From Callorhinchus milii (Eukaryota), in assembly GCF_018977255.1 (NCBI RefSeq), contig NW_024705000.1, positions 1 to 64,000 on the forward strand: a stretch of DNA of 64,000 nucleotides, read 5' to 3'. Shown here piece by piece: positions 1-12,029 of this stretch; within the stretch, counting starts at the first letter, position 1, and each line of letters begins with the position of its first letter. A program made the translations under genes and the position numbers. The notes under the pieces were generated by a model. It searched no databases. It saw only the letters and a program-made list of their open reading frames with translations, and was not told the origin of the DNA.

Positions 1-3000
1 GGTATAACCATCGTTCCCTGTAGAAACAGAAACGTTAGCCCAGGAGGCGACTGGAAAAACTTTACCTTCCGACATGAGAGGCGCTATATCATTGTAATGT
101 CATCCAAGAGCCACCTTTGGAATGGAGAACCCCATGATCTCTGTATCTCTGGACGTCTCGTGCGGCAATGAGTTTGGGACAATGTTTCCGAAGCGTTGGG
201 TTTCGTGGATGACAGCGTTGGTGAACGCCATTGTCTCCTGGTCCTCCAGAGCCGGATTTCTCTCCGTCCCAATCACTCGGTCAATCTCTTCCTGGACCTT
301 CTCTGCAGAGGAGAAGAAAATTGGCCAATGATTACACACTTGATCAATAGGGAAGTTGACAGTAGGGAGACACCCCATGTCCATCGCAATGGATTTATAA
401 AGATTGTACAGCACAGGAACAGGCCATTTGGCCCAACTAGTCCGTGCAAAGACTGGTCGCCTTTCTCGTCAGATGTGGGTCTCAAAGCACTGCACGGGAT
501 TTACTGTTGAGTGTAGTGACTGTGTGCTTGTGTGTGTGTTTGGGGGATTCTGGAGTTCCATTCCACATCCACACGTGTTGTGTAATCGGGGGGCATGAGC
601 CCCGACGTGTGTCCTTCGAGCAATGGGATCCCACCCGGTAACGCCACAGCCAGACGGGAATCCTTACCCTGGATATCGGGGAATAAGACCATGAAGAGCA
701 GCCCCCAACGGAGGGTGGTGGAGGTGGTCTCGGTACCGGCTCCGAAGAGATCCAGGGATGTGCTGAACAGGCTGGTCTCAGTGAAGCTCGTATTGGGAGT
801 CGCCTTCATCTGCAGGTGAACTCAAGACAGTCAGTGCCAGAAACAACTTTGTAAAGCAATCAGAATCACAATACAGTCAATTCCTGATAACTCGTCCCTC
901 CCAGTGGAAAAGTGCTCAGTGTCGAGCTATCAGGAGAAGCGAGGTATAGATTTATACAAGTTCAGCCATTATTTTAATATATAAATAAATGCATCCGGCA
1001 TTTTGGCATCACAATGACTTAAGTGGTAGTGATGACCAGTTATACCAGGGTCGGGTTATCAGGGGTTTACTGTAGAAATAATATTAATCCTTGTACCTGA
1101 CACAAAAGTGCCTTTTGCTTCAGGAAGACGTCTCAAAGCGCTTCACAGGATTTTACTGTAAAGTGTAGTGACTGTGTGTTTCTGTCGGTGAAACAACTGG
1201 TTGGAGTATTAGATTGTTGGGAAGCAGAGTATAAAGGATTTACTGAACACACCAGTGTTGAGGATTGAGAATCATTACAACAACAAGAACATCAACAACA
1301 ACAACATCTATCAAATTTTCCAGTCAGTGTTACCTTCTCACACTCCACTAAGAAGGCGTCAATGAAGTCTCTTGGTTCGTTGGGATCCCAAACTTCCTTG
1401 TGCTCAGCGACTATTTCCTGGAGAAACTCAACCAACTTCATACGGTTCTGAAAGATTCTGCGATGGGGCCCAGGGAGGCCGTCAATAAAGGGGAACATGT
1501 TCACCAACTGCAACAGATGGAAAGACAGGCAGATAGGCAGACAGACAGACAGACAGACAAACAGCGAGCCAGACATAAACAAACTGAGATGAATCGGGTG
1601 GTTGGTGAGTCAGGGAGGCAAAATAATAAGCCTTGCATTTGGTGTAGCACCTTATCACGTGGGAAGGACGTCTCAAAGCTCTTCGCAGGATATATTGTGA
1701 AGTGCAGGGACTGTGTATTTTGTGGGTGAAACGCAGCAGCACAACTGCACACAGCAATGTCCCACAACCACCCACGGAGTGACTGACTGATTTTATTTGG
1801 GGCATTATTGGCCAGGACACTGAGAAAGAGAGAAAAACTCCCTTCGCTTTTTCAATAGTGCCATCAGATCTTTAACATCCACCAGAACAGGTAGACAGAG
1901 CCGCGGTTTAATGTCTCTCATTGAAAGGATGACATTGCAGCATCATTCGTTCCGAAGAGGAGGCGAGGCAGAGAACAAGTGGTGACTGACTTTTTATTTC
2001 CGTGGCATTGACGGCCAGGAATACCAGGAGAGACAAACTTGTAGGGATTTAACTTCGTATACTATTGTTGTCCAATCGACTCTGCCTTACCTTAGCCCAA
2101 AATCCAGCCTCCAGCAACATGCTCTCATCAATTATCTCTAGTAAATGAAGGAGTTTTGTATCCTGGTAGTCAAAACGATCCCCAAAGATGAGGGAGCAGA
2201 TGATATTGGAGGTAGCGTTGTTTATTCTGAAATGTGGGTCAAAAGGGTGACCTAATAGAGGGAAATGGACAGCAATCAGCTATCACACCATCACAATTAT
2301 AATATAGGAACATGGGAACAGGAGGAGGCCAATCAGCCCCCTCCAGCCTGTTCTGCCATTCTATTAGATCATGGATTTAACTATGATTTGTACCTCAACT
2401 CCATATAATAATAATAATAATCCTTGCATTTGATATAGCGCTTTTCACGTCTTCTAGACGTTGCAAAGCGCTTCATAGAAGATACTGTAAAGTGAATTGA
2501 TATAGGAACATGGGAATAGGAGGAGGTCATTCAGCCCCTCGAGCCTGTTCCGCCATTCTTTCAGATCATGGCTGATCTGTACCTCAACTCCATTTACCCA
2601 TCTTTGCTCCACATAATCATAATAATAATTGTGTATGATATAGCGCCTTATCACTTATTCGAGACATCGCCCGAGCCGAACTCCGGAATTGGCTCCCGAG
2701 TTACATCCACCCGTAATTGGCAGCCAAGCCGCAGCCCCCGCCCTCCCCACCTTATGAATCGATTTTGCATCCCAATCCAGAGCCCTTTTGGGAAGGGCAC
2801 CACGCCTTCTCTCACGACAGGGAACGAGGAGGTGAATTCCCTGGTAATTTACTCACCAATCTCGGCTTCCAATTCGTTGTTTAAAAAGCTCGCCTCCTCC
2901 ACGATTCGCAACTCCAGAGATTTCTTCCCCAGCCCAAAGTTCTTCAGCGTGGAGAGAGCAAACCTCCTGTGATCTTGCCACCACTGGCCGTACTTTGCAA

Positions 3001-4124
3001 AGACAATGCCTGCAAACAGCGTTGGGGAGGAACAGATTGGTTTTAATAATAATAATAATCATGATAATTGTTGCATGTGATATAGCGTCTTATCACGTCA
3101 TTGAGACGTCCCAATTGGACACAGCAGTGTTTAGTGTGGGGGGGTGGGGGTGCAAAGCCTCTTGCCATGTGATAGTTACCTTGCCCAAAGCCACTAAAGT
3201 ATCTTTGGTAGATGGGAACGGTTGGTCGGTCGGACGTGTCTTTTGATTTCTTCACCAGACCGTCCTTGATGGCCTCGTAGCCGTTGAGCACCACCACATC
3301 TGTCCACCCAAACTGCAGGCTGAATGTGTTGCCGTATTTTCCACGGAGCTTTGAATGAACAACAACAACAAACCAGGTTTACACAGCGGCTTTCACAGAG
3401 GGACGTGATTAATAATACTATTAATATTACTGTTGAAAGCAAATAATTAAGCTGGAACTGTGAGCAACCTTATATCTCCCACATCTGTTACCAGAGTACA
3501 CTGACCTCTGTTGTAATATTGTTCTGTCCAAAGGTTACAATGGATGACCAGTTATTGACATGGGCGCTTCTCTCACACACTCTCCACAGTAAATAACACA
3601 GAATTAAAAGGACGGAGAATCAGATTGAACGGAATGAAAAGAACAGCCAGAAATCCTAAAAATGTGGAGTCAATGATTAGATCAATGATGAGAGCACTTG
3701 CCTCGCAAACAAGAGACCTGGGTTTGATTCCTGGCTGGGCAACACCTTGGGTTTCGCCCACAAAATATACAGTCAGTTCACTTACAGTATATTCTGTAAA
3801 ACCCTTTGAGACGTCGAGAAGACGTGAAAAGCAGTGTATCAAATGCAAGGATTATAAATTAACCCAACACAGAGACAAAGAGACACTTAACCACAGAAAG
3901 GCCCAGCTCTTTACCTTTTCAAACGATGTGTAGGGGTTGTTGTTGCTGACATGAAAAACACTCCCGATGAAGGGCAGCGTCCAGGGGCCCGGGGGATAGT
4001 TGATGCACTTTTGTCTCCTCTTCATGAAGTCAAAGACCAGAGCAAAGACTGTGCAGAACACGGCCAGTAAAGTGACTCTGTCAAACCCTGGGCTCAGGAA
4101 CTGAAGGACAGTCAGGAACTCCAT
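1..4124 (-). CDS. Cytochrome P450 family 2 (CYP2D-like), copy A; 3' end truncated by window
   Basis: GT-AG exons 4124-3915, 3348-3180, 3009-2857, 2251-2091, 1507-1334, 809-668, 302-115, 17-<1 (210/169/153/161/174/142/188 nt, typical CYP2 structure). Motifs: PPGP hinge, WxxxRRF C-helix, [11 protein letters not shown]-helix, ETQR (ExxR). Confidence 0.93.
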
Positions 4125-4245
4125 GTTTCCCAGTGAGACTGGCTGTCTGACCAGTCTGACAAGTCTGACTAACAACGCCCCCACCAGCCCAGCTCCACCG
4201 ACGGCAGAGAACAAAACTCATGGCAGGCGGGACTTCCTAAGATTA

Positions 4246-4390
4246 GGCATCTTGTTCGATGCTCAACTGTCCTTTCCCCCGCATATCCGTGCCATGACAC
4301 ACTCTGCCTTCCTCCACCTCCGCAACATTGCCCGACACCGTCACAGCCTCACCCCCCAGGACGCTGAAACCCTCATACACGCCTTCAATT
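4246..4390 (+). mobile_element. Internally deleted L2 remnant upstream of copy A (same remnant at ~23278-23420 upstream of D)
   Basis: LGILFDAQLSFPPHI...DAETLIHAF; matches ~10080-10216. Confidence 0.75.
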
Positions 4391-4786
4391 CCAACAATCT
4401 CTCTCTGGGGTTACCATGTGTAGGTGGGATGCATGGAATTCTCGGCTTGGTTTGGAGACTCTTAACAACAACAAGATTACATTTGTATAGCGCCTTTCAC
4501 GTTAGGAGGACGTCCCAAGGCACTGGACAGTGTACAGCATTTTAGACCCGAGGTGGGGTCAGGGGAGGGAGAAGGGAGGGGAGGGGGAGAGGGGGTGGCC
4601 GATGGCATGGTTGAAGTGGAGGGTCTTGAGGCGAGACTTGATGGAGGATAAGGAGGGGGTGAGGCAGAGTGATGCGGGGATGGAGTAACCATGGTGTGTG
4701 TCTCCAAACGCCGTTCGCCACTGAGTGGCACTGAATTAAAAACAAGGAGCGATGTTTACTACAGTTTAAACAAAATAGTTTATACT

Positions 4787-4792
4787 TTTATT
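4787..4792 (-). promoter_or_regulatory. Candidate AATAAA polyadenylation signal of CYP copy B (equivalents follow C, D, E)
   Basis: TTTATT on + strand, ~450 nt past the stop at 5235; a second one lies near 4827. Confidence 0.45.
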
Positions 4793-5234
4793 TCCAGATG
4801 TGTGAAATTCGTTTTTTTCAGCCCATTTTATTACACGGACTTTGCTCTGTTTGCAGCGATTTATAGCAAAGGTCGATTCATAAATGATTCTGCAACGTCA
4901 CCTGAAATGACTCTTTCATCCTCCACAGTGACCAGGATTGGGTATTGTCAGCGTTACAGACGGGGTTTAACCATAAAGCAGATGAAATCACTCATTCACC
5001 ACCAAATACACAGTTCAGGACGCTTTACTGTAAAATCCCGTGAAGTGCTTTGAGACGTCCTCCCGACGTCAAACATAAGTGTTGTCATTATTTACCTGAC
5101 GACGTTAATCACTACGTCAGCCAGTCCTTCCGAATTCAACACACAACTACGTTAATCACAGGTCAGTGACAGGCTCTATCCTGTGTGACAGTCCAGGCTG
5201 TTAATAATGCAGAACACAGCGATGAACAGCGAGT

Positions 5235-8200
5235 TTATCTGAGTCGAACACAGAGCTGGAATGGCATTGGGCTGCGGGTGATCCCACATTTGGTGCGGGT
5301 GTAGCTGGGTTTGGGCTCGTTCTCCGGCAGGAAGAATGTGAATCGCTGGAGCAAGGAAGTGAAGAACAGGAAGAGTTCCATCTTCGCCAACTGCTCCCCC
5401 AGGCACACGCGAGGCCCTGCGGGGGGGAATAACACAGACAACAAATTATTATATATTATATATATTAAATGATATTATAAATTATAATAATCCTTGCATT
5501 CGATATAGTGCTTGATCATGTCTTCGAGACGTCTCAAAGCACTTCACAGAATATATTGTAAAGTGTAGTGACTGAGTATTTTATGAGTGTAAACACTCCT
5601 GTGAATTGCACACAGCAGTGTCCCCCGAACAGTCATGGTGTAGTTTGAGTGAACCACAACCTTCTGACTCAAGAGGTGAGATCGCTACCAACTGAGCCGG
5701 GCTGGCATCTGAGCCGCCCAACACCTTGGGACATCCTCCCGATGTGAGAGGCGCATGTTGTTGTTATTATCAAAGCAACATAAAGCCGCCATGTTGTAGC
5801 GCTCACTCTCGTGCGCTGTGTTACCTGCAGAGAAGGGGATGAAGGCTTCCGGCTTCACAAACCGCCCACTGTCGTTAAGGAAATGACCCGGATTAAACTC
5901 GTGCGGCTTCGCCCAAAATTTGGGATCGTAGAGGGCGGAGGAGAGGTTTGGTATAACCATCGTTCCCTGTGGAAACAGAAACGTTAGCCCAGGAGGCGAC
6001 TGGAAAAACTTTACCTTCCGACATGAGAGGCGCTATATCATTGTAATGTCATCCAAGAGCCACCTTTGGAATGGAGAACCCCATGATCTCTGTATCTCTG
6101 GACGTCTCGTGCGGCACTGAGTTTGGGACAATGCTTCCGAAGCGTTGGGTTTCGTGGATGACAGCGTTGGTGAACGCCATTGTCTCCTGGTCCCCCAGAG
6201 CCGGCTTCCTCTCCGTCCCGATCACTCGGTCAATCTCTTCCTGGACCTTCTCTGCAGAGGGGAAGAAAATTGGCCACTGATTACACATTTCACCAAAACA
6301 GTCCGTTTATATTCCCCACAGTCTCCACCCGCTCCTCACCCTCTTCCACACCCTTCTACTCTCTTCTTCCTCATGTGTATCTGTACTATTTGCTTCACAT
6401 TCTCACTACCCTGAAGAAGTTCCTCCTAAATTCTCTTTTAGATCCCCAATGTGGTTGTCTTATATTCAGGTCCCTCTTGGTTACAGAACGCTCCAGAAAA
6501 CGGGAACGGCCCACTTGATAATTCCAACCCGAGCAAAGTCTTTTACCTTTTTAAACTCCTGATTCTAATCCTTGTTTTGCCCACAAAATACACAGTCACT
6601 CCACTTTCCAGTGTATCCTGTGAAGCGCTTTGAGATGCCTGGACGACGTGATAAGACGCTGTATCAAATGCAAGGATTATTATTATTATACCCCCCGGGA
6701 ACACCACAGCCACAGAAGGGAACCTTACTCTGGATATCAGGGAATAAGACCATGAAGAGCAGCCCCCAGTGGAGGGTGGTGGAGGTGGTCTCGGTACCAG
6801 CCACAAACAGATCCAGGGACGTGTAGACCAGACTCTTCTCAGTGAAGCTCGTATTGGGAGAAGCCTTCATCTGCAGGTGAACTCAAGACAATCAGTGTGA
6901 GAAACACATTGGGAAGTGGTAGATTGTTGGGAAGCAGAGTATAAAGGATTCACTTAGCGCACCAGTGTTGGCGATTCAGAATCATTACAACCACAACACC
7001 TATCAAATCTTCCGGTCAGTGTTACCTTCTCACACTCCACTAAGAAGGCATCAATGAAGTCTCTTGGTTCGTTGGGATCCCAAACTTCCTTGTGCTCAGC
7101 AATTATTTCCTGGAGAAACTCAACCACCTGCTTTTGGTTCTCAAAGATTCTGCGATGGGGCCCAGGGAGGCCGTGAATAAAGGGGAACATGTTCACCAAC
7201 TGCAACAGACGGACAGACAGATAGACAGACAGGTGAAACCAACTGAGATGAATGGGGTGGTTGGTGAGTCAATGAGTGCTGGAAGCACTGGTCAAGGCTA
7301 ATTGCATTTGGTATAGAGTCTTATCACTTTGGAAAGATGTCTCAAAGCTCTGCACAGGATACACTGTAAATTGCAGTGACTATATATTTTGTGGGTGAAA
7401 CACGGCAGCACAATTGCGCACAGTAATGTCCCACAACCAGCCATGGAGTGGGTGACTAATTTTATTTGGGGGATTGTTGGCCAGGACACTGAGAGAGAGA
7501 AACTCCCTTCCATTTTTGAATTGTGCCGTGGGATCTTCAACATCCACCTGAACAGCAGACGGGACCTCGGCTTAACATCTCAGATAAATGACGACACCTC
7601 TGACAATGCAGCTCTCCCACAGCGCTGTATGGAGTGGCAGCTTAGACCATGTGATTCCAAATCCCGACGTGGGGCTTGAACCCACAACCTTCTGAGTCAG
7701 AGGTGAGAGTGCTACCACTGAGCCAGCCTGACACATGGATACCAATCCAATATTGACACAATATTTAACAGTTTAACTTTGTTCACTACAACAACTTATA
7801 TTTACAGAGCACCATTCACGTGGGGTAGCGTCTCGGAGCGCTGTACAGTGGTATAGTTTCACTCCGAGCCCAGGGCGGTGGTGGTGGGTGGGGGGGAGTG
7901 ATCACGGGCGCAGTTGGTAAGAAAGTCTTTAGGTTTGTTCTGAAGAGGAGGCGAGGCGGAGGACTCACTTGACTCTGCCTTACCTTAGCCCAAAATCCAG
8001 CTTCCAGAACCATAGACTCCTCAATTATCTCTAGTAGTTGAAGGAATTTTTTATCCTGGTAGTCGAAACGATCCCCAAACATGAGGGAGCAGATGACATT
8101 GGAGGCAGCGTTGTTTATTCTCAAATGTGGATCAAAAGGGTGACCTAATAGAGGGAAACGGACAGCAGTGAAAAGTGCAATACAAATGTAATCTTGTTGC

Positions 8201-9759
8201 TGTTGTTGTTCACACAATATACTGTAAAGTAAACTGACTGTATACATTGTCTGCAAAACTTGGCAGCCAATTGCGCTCAGCAGTGTCCCGTAAACAGTCA
8301 TGGATTGAGCAACTAAAAGTCCAAAGTTACAGGGTAACAAGGAGGTGAATTCCCTGGTAATTTACTCACCAATCTCGGCTTCCAATTCGTTGTTTAAAAA
8401 GCTCGCCTCCTCCACGATTCGCAACTCCAGAGATTTCTTCCCCAGCCCAAAGTTCTTCAGCGTGGAGAGAGCAAACCTCCTGTGATCTCGCCACCACTGG
8501 CCGTACTTTGCTAAGACAATGCCTGTAAACAGCGTTGGGGAGGAACAGATTGGTTTTAATAATAATAATAATGATAATTGTTGCATATGATATAGTGTCT
8601 TATCACGTCATTGAGACGTCCCAGTTGGGCACAGCAGTGTTTAGTGTGGGGGGGTGGGGGTGGCAAAGCCTCTTGCCATGTGATAGTTACCTTGCCCAAA
8701 GGCACACAGGTATTTTTGGAAGACAGGAATGTTCGGTCGGTCGGACGTGTCTTCCGATTTCTTCACCAGACCGTCCTTGATGGTCTCATAGCCGTTGAGC
8801 ACCACCACATCTGTCCACCCAAACTGCAGGCTGAATGTGTTGCCGTATTTTCCACGGAGCTTTGAATGAACAACAACAACAAACCAGATTTCCCCAGCGG
8901 CTTTCACAGAGGGACGTGATTAATAATACTATTAATATTGCTTTTGAAAGCAAATAATTAAGCTGGAAGAGTGAATAACCTTATTTCTCCCAGATTTGTT
9001 ACCAGAGTACACTGACCTCTGTTGTAATATTGTTCTGTCCAAAGGTTACAATGGATGACCAGTTATTGACATGGGCGCTTCTCTCACACACTCTCCATAG
9101 TAAATAACACAGAGTTAAAAGGACGGAGAATGAGTCTGAACGTAATGAAAGGAACAGCCAGAAAGCTTATAAATTTGGAGTCAATGATTAGATCAATGAT
9201 GAGAGCACTTGCCTCGCAAACAAGAGACCTGGGTTTGATTCCTGGCTGGGCAACACCTTGGGTAAATTTCCTTACTCCACAGGTCTAATAATAATCCCCT
9301 CAAGGAAATGAATAAATAAAGTAACAAATTGGTCACTCAATCCACAACTGTTTGTGGGACGCTGCTGTGCGCAATTGGCTGCCGGGTTTCGCCCACAAAA
9401 TATACAGTCAATTCACTTACAGTGTATTCTGTAAAGCCCTTTGAGACGTCGAGAAGACGTGAAAAGCAGTGTATCAAATGCAAGGATTATAAATTAACCC
9501 AACACAGAGACAAAGAGACACTTAACCACAGAAAGGCCCAGCTCTTTACCTTTTCAAACGATGTGTAGGGGTTGTCGTTGCTGACATGAAAAACACTCCC
9601 GATGAAGGGCAGCGTCCAGGGGCCCGGGGGATAGTTGATGCACTTTTGTCTCCTCTTCATGAAGTCAAAGACCAGAGCAAAGACTGTGCAGAACACGGCC
9701 AGTAAAGTGACTCTGTCAAAGCCTGGGATCAGGAACTGAAGGACAGTCAGGAACTCCAT
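5235..9759 (-). CDS. CYP2D-like P450, copy B (506 aa)
   Basis: Exons 9759-9550, 8859-8691, 8522-8370, 8144-7984, 7199-7026, 6870-6729, 6251-6064, 5966-5825, 5416-5235; total 1521 nt, phases consistent. Heme motif [25 protein letters not shown] and [17 protein letters not shown] resemble CYP2D6 FSLQLAWTPVVVLNG and GVFLARYGPAWREQRRF (recalled). Confidence 0.95.
7298..7735 (-). mobile_element. tRNA-derived SINE with Deu-like central domain and L2-type tail (copies at ~14007-14445 and ~20695-21130; relatives at ~34390-34670 and ~54197-54500)
   Basis: Reverse strand reads GGCTCAGTGGTAGCACTCTCACCTCTGACTCAGAAGGTTGTGGGTTCAAGCCCC (A/B boxes), then GTTAAGCCGAGGTCCCGTCTGCTGTTCAGGTGGATG, resembling shark DeuSINEs as recalled. 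Confidence 0.75.
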
Positions 9760-9889
9760 GTTTCCCAGCGAGACTGGCTGTCTGACCATCTGACCAGTCT
9801 GACAAGTCTGACCAACAACGCCCCCACCAGCCCAGCTCCACCGACGGCAGAGAACAAAACTCGTGGTAGGCGGGTCTTCCTAAGATTAG

Positions 9890-10810
9890 CTCAGGATTCA
9901 TGTCCTCACACACTACCTGTCAGACACCAAGTCCTGGATGAGCGCCAACTTTCTACTGTTGAATGTCAGTAAAGCTGAGGCTCTCCTGATTTGCTTGTCC
10001 CAGTGTCTCCGCACCTCATGCACTGGCAGTATCAGCATCCAAGCATACACGCACCAACTCGCCAACCAGTCACGAACCTAGGCATCTTGTTCGACGCTCA
10101 ACTGTCCTTTCTCCCGCATATCCACGACCCTCTCTGCCTTCCTCCACCTCTGCAACATTGCCCGACACCGCCACAGCCTCACCCTCCAGGACGCTGAAAC
10201 CCTCATACATGCCTTCATTACAACCAAACTCGACGATGCCAATGCCCTGCTCGTCGGTCTTCCCAACTCTTCCCTCCACAAGCTGTAGATCATCCCGAAC
10301 TCTGCAGGTCGTGTCCTCTCCCACACCAGGCTCCGTGACCCAATTCACCCCCAGCCTCACCCGGCTCCACTGGCTTCCCATCCCTAAGAGAATTGAGTTC
10401 AAAATTCTCGTCCCCACCTTCAAGGCCCTCCATGTCCTTGCCCCTTCCTACCTCTCTGACCTGCTAATCCCTTATGAACCTGTCTGATCCCTCAGCTCAG
10501 CAGGCTCTGGCCTGCTCCGTGTCTCTGTCTGGCCCCACCCCACCATCGGCGGTCAGGCCTTCAGCCTCCCTGCCCCCACCCTCTGGAATTCCATTCCACA
10601 TTCCCTTCACCTCGCTCCCTCCCTTGCTTCCTTCCTTCAAGCCACACCTCAAGACTCTCCTCTTGGACTGTCCCTTTTGGCCATCCTACTACCCTCCCTG
10701 CCCTCCCTCATTCCAACCACCCCTTCCCTTCCTCTCATGTCCTCACTTCCTCACTGTTCAGCGCCTTGGGACGTCCTCCCGTCATGTAAGGCGCTTATAC
10801 AAATGTATTG
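9890..10810 (+). mobile_element. L2 (LINE2) 3' fragment, degenerate ORF2 C-terminus plus 3' tail
   Basis: Frames give NLGILFDAQLSF, FLHLxNIAR, DAETLIHAFITTKLD, LHWLPIPKRIEFKIL and APSYLSDLL, typical of L2 ORF2, interrupted by stops and frameshifts. Confidence 0.85.
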
Positions 10811-12029
10811 TATCATTGTGGTGGCTGACAATTCCCTGCGATTAAAACTGAAATCGTTTCCTTTGACCGCAGCTTGCGGGAAGGGTGGGGTGGGGTTGAG
10901 GTGGGGAGGACAACACAAGCAAATTGGCCGCCGCCGCGTTTTTCTACAAAACGCACAGTAAAAATCCTGTGATGCGCTTTGAGATGTCCTGCCGCGCCTT
11001 GGCTCCTTGTCAGACTCTGCCACCGTGAAGCGCTCTGGGACGCTATTCCTCTTAAAGGGCGCTATCTAAATGCAAGTTGTTGTCATCCCGGGGGTCTGAT
11101 TGGACGCCTAGTTCTCTCTGGCATGAGGAAAACATGGTGGGTCTCTCCGGGGAGAGGAGAGAGAGAATCTGCATTGAATTCCAACAATCTCTCTCTGGGG
11201 TTACCATGTGTAGGTGGGATGCATGGAATTCTCGGCTTGGTTTGGAGACTCTTAACAACAACAAGACAACATTTGTATAGCGCCTTTCACGTTAGGAGGA
11301 CATCCCAAGGCACTGGACAGTGTACAGCATTTCAGACCTGAGGTGGGGTCAGGGGAGGGAGAAGGGAGGGGAGGGGGAGAGGGGGTGGCCGATGGCATAG
11401 TCGAAGAGGAGGGTCTTGAGGCGAAACTTGATGGAGGATAAGGAGGGGGTGAGGCAGAGTGATGCGGGGATGGAGTAACCATGATGTGTGTCTCCAAACG
11501 CCGTTCGCCACTGAGTGGCACTGAATTAAAAACAAGGAGCGATGTTTACTACAGTTTAAACAAAATAGTTAATACTTTTATTTCCAGATGTGTGAAATTC
11601 GTTATTTCAGCCCATTTTATTACACGGACTTTGCTCTGTTTGCAGCGATTTATAGCAAAGGTCGATTCATAAATGATTCTGCAACGTCACCTGAAATGAC
11701 TCTTTCATCCTCCACAGTGACCAGGATTGGGTATTGTCAGCGTTACAGACGGGGTTTAACCATAAAGCAGATGAAATCACTCATTCACCACCAAATACAC
11801 AGTTCAGGACGCTTTACTGTAAAATCCCGTGAAGTGCTTTGAGACGTCCTCCCGACGTCAAACATAAGTGTTGTCATTATTTACCCGACGATGTTAATCA
11901 CTACGTCAGCCAGTCCTTCCGAATTCAACACACAACTACGTTAATCACAGGTCAGTGACGGGCTCTATCCTGTGTGACAGTCCGGGCTGTTAATAATGCA
12001 GAACACAGCGATGAACAGGAGCTCCGAGT

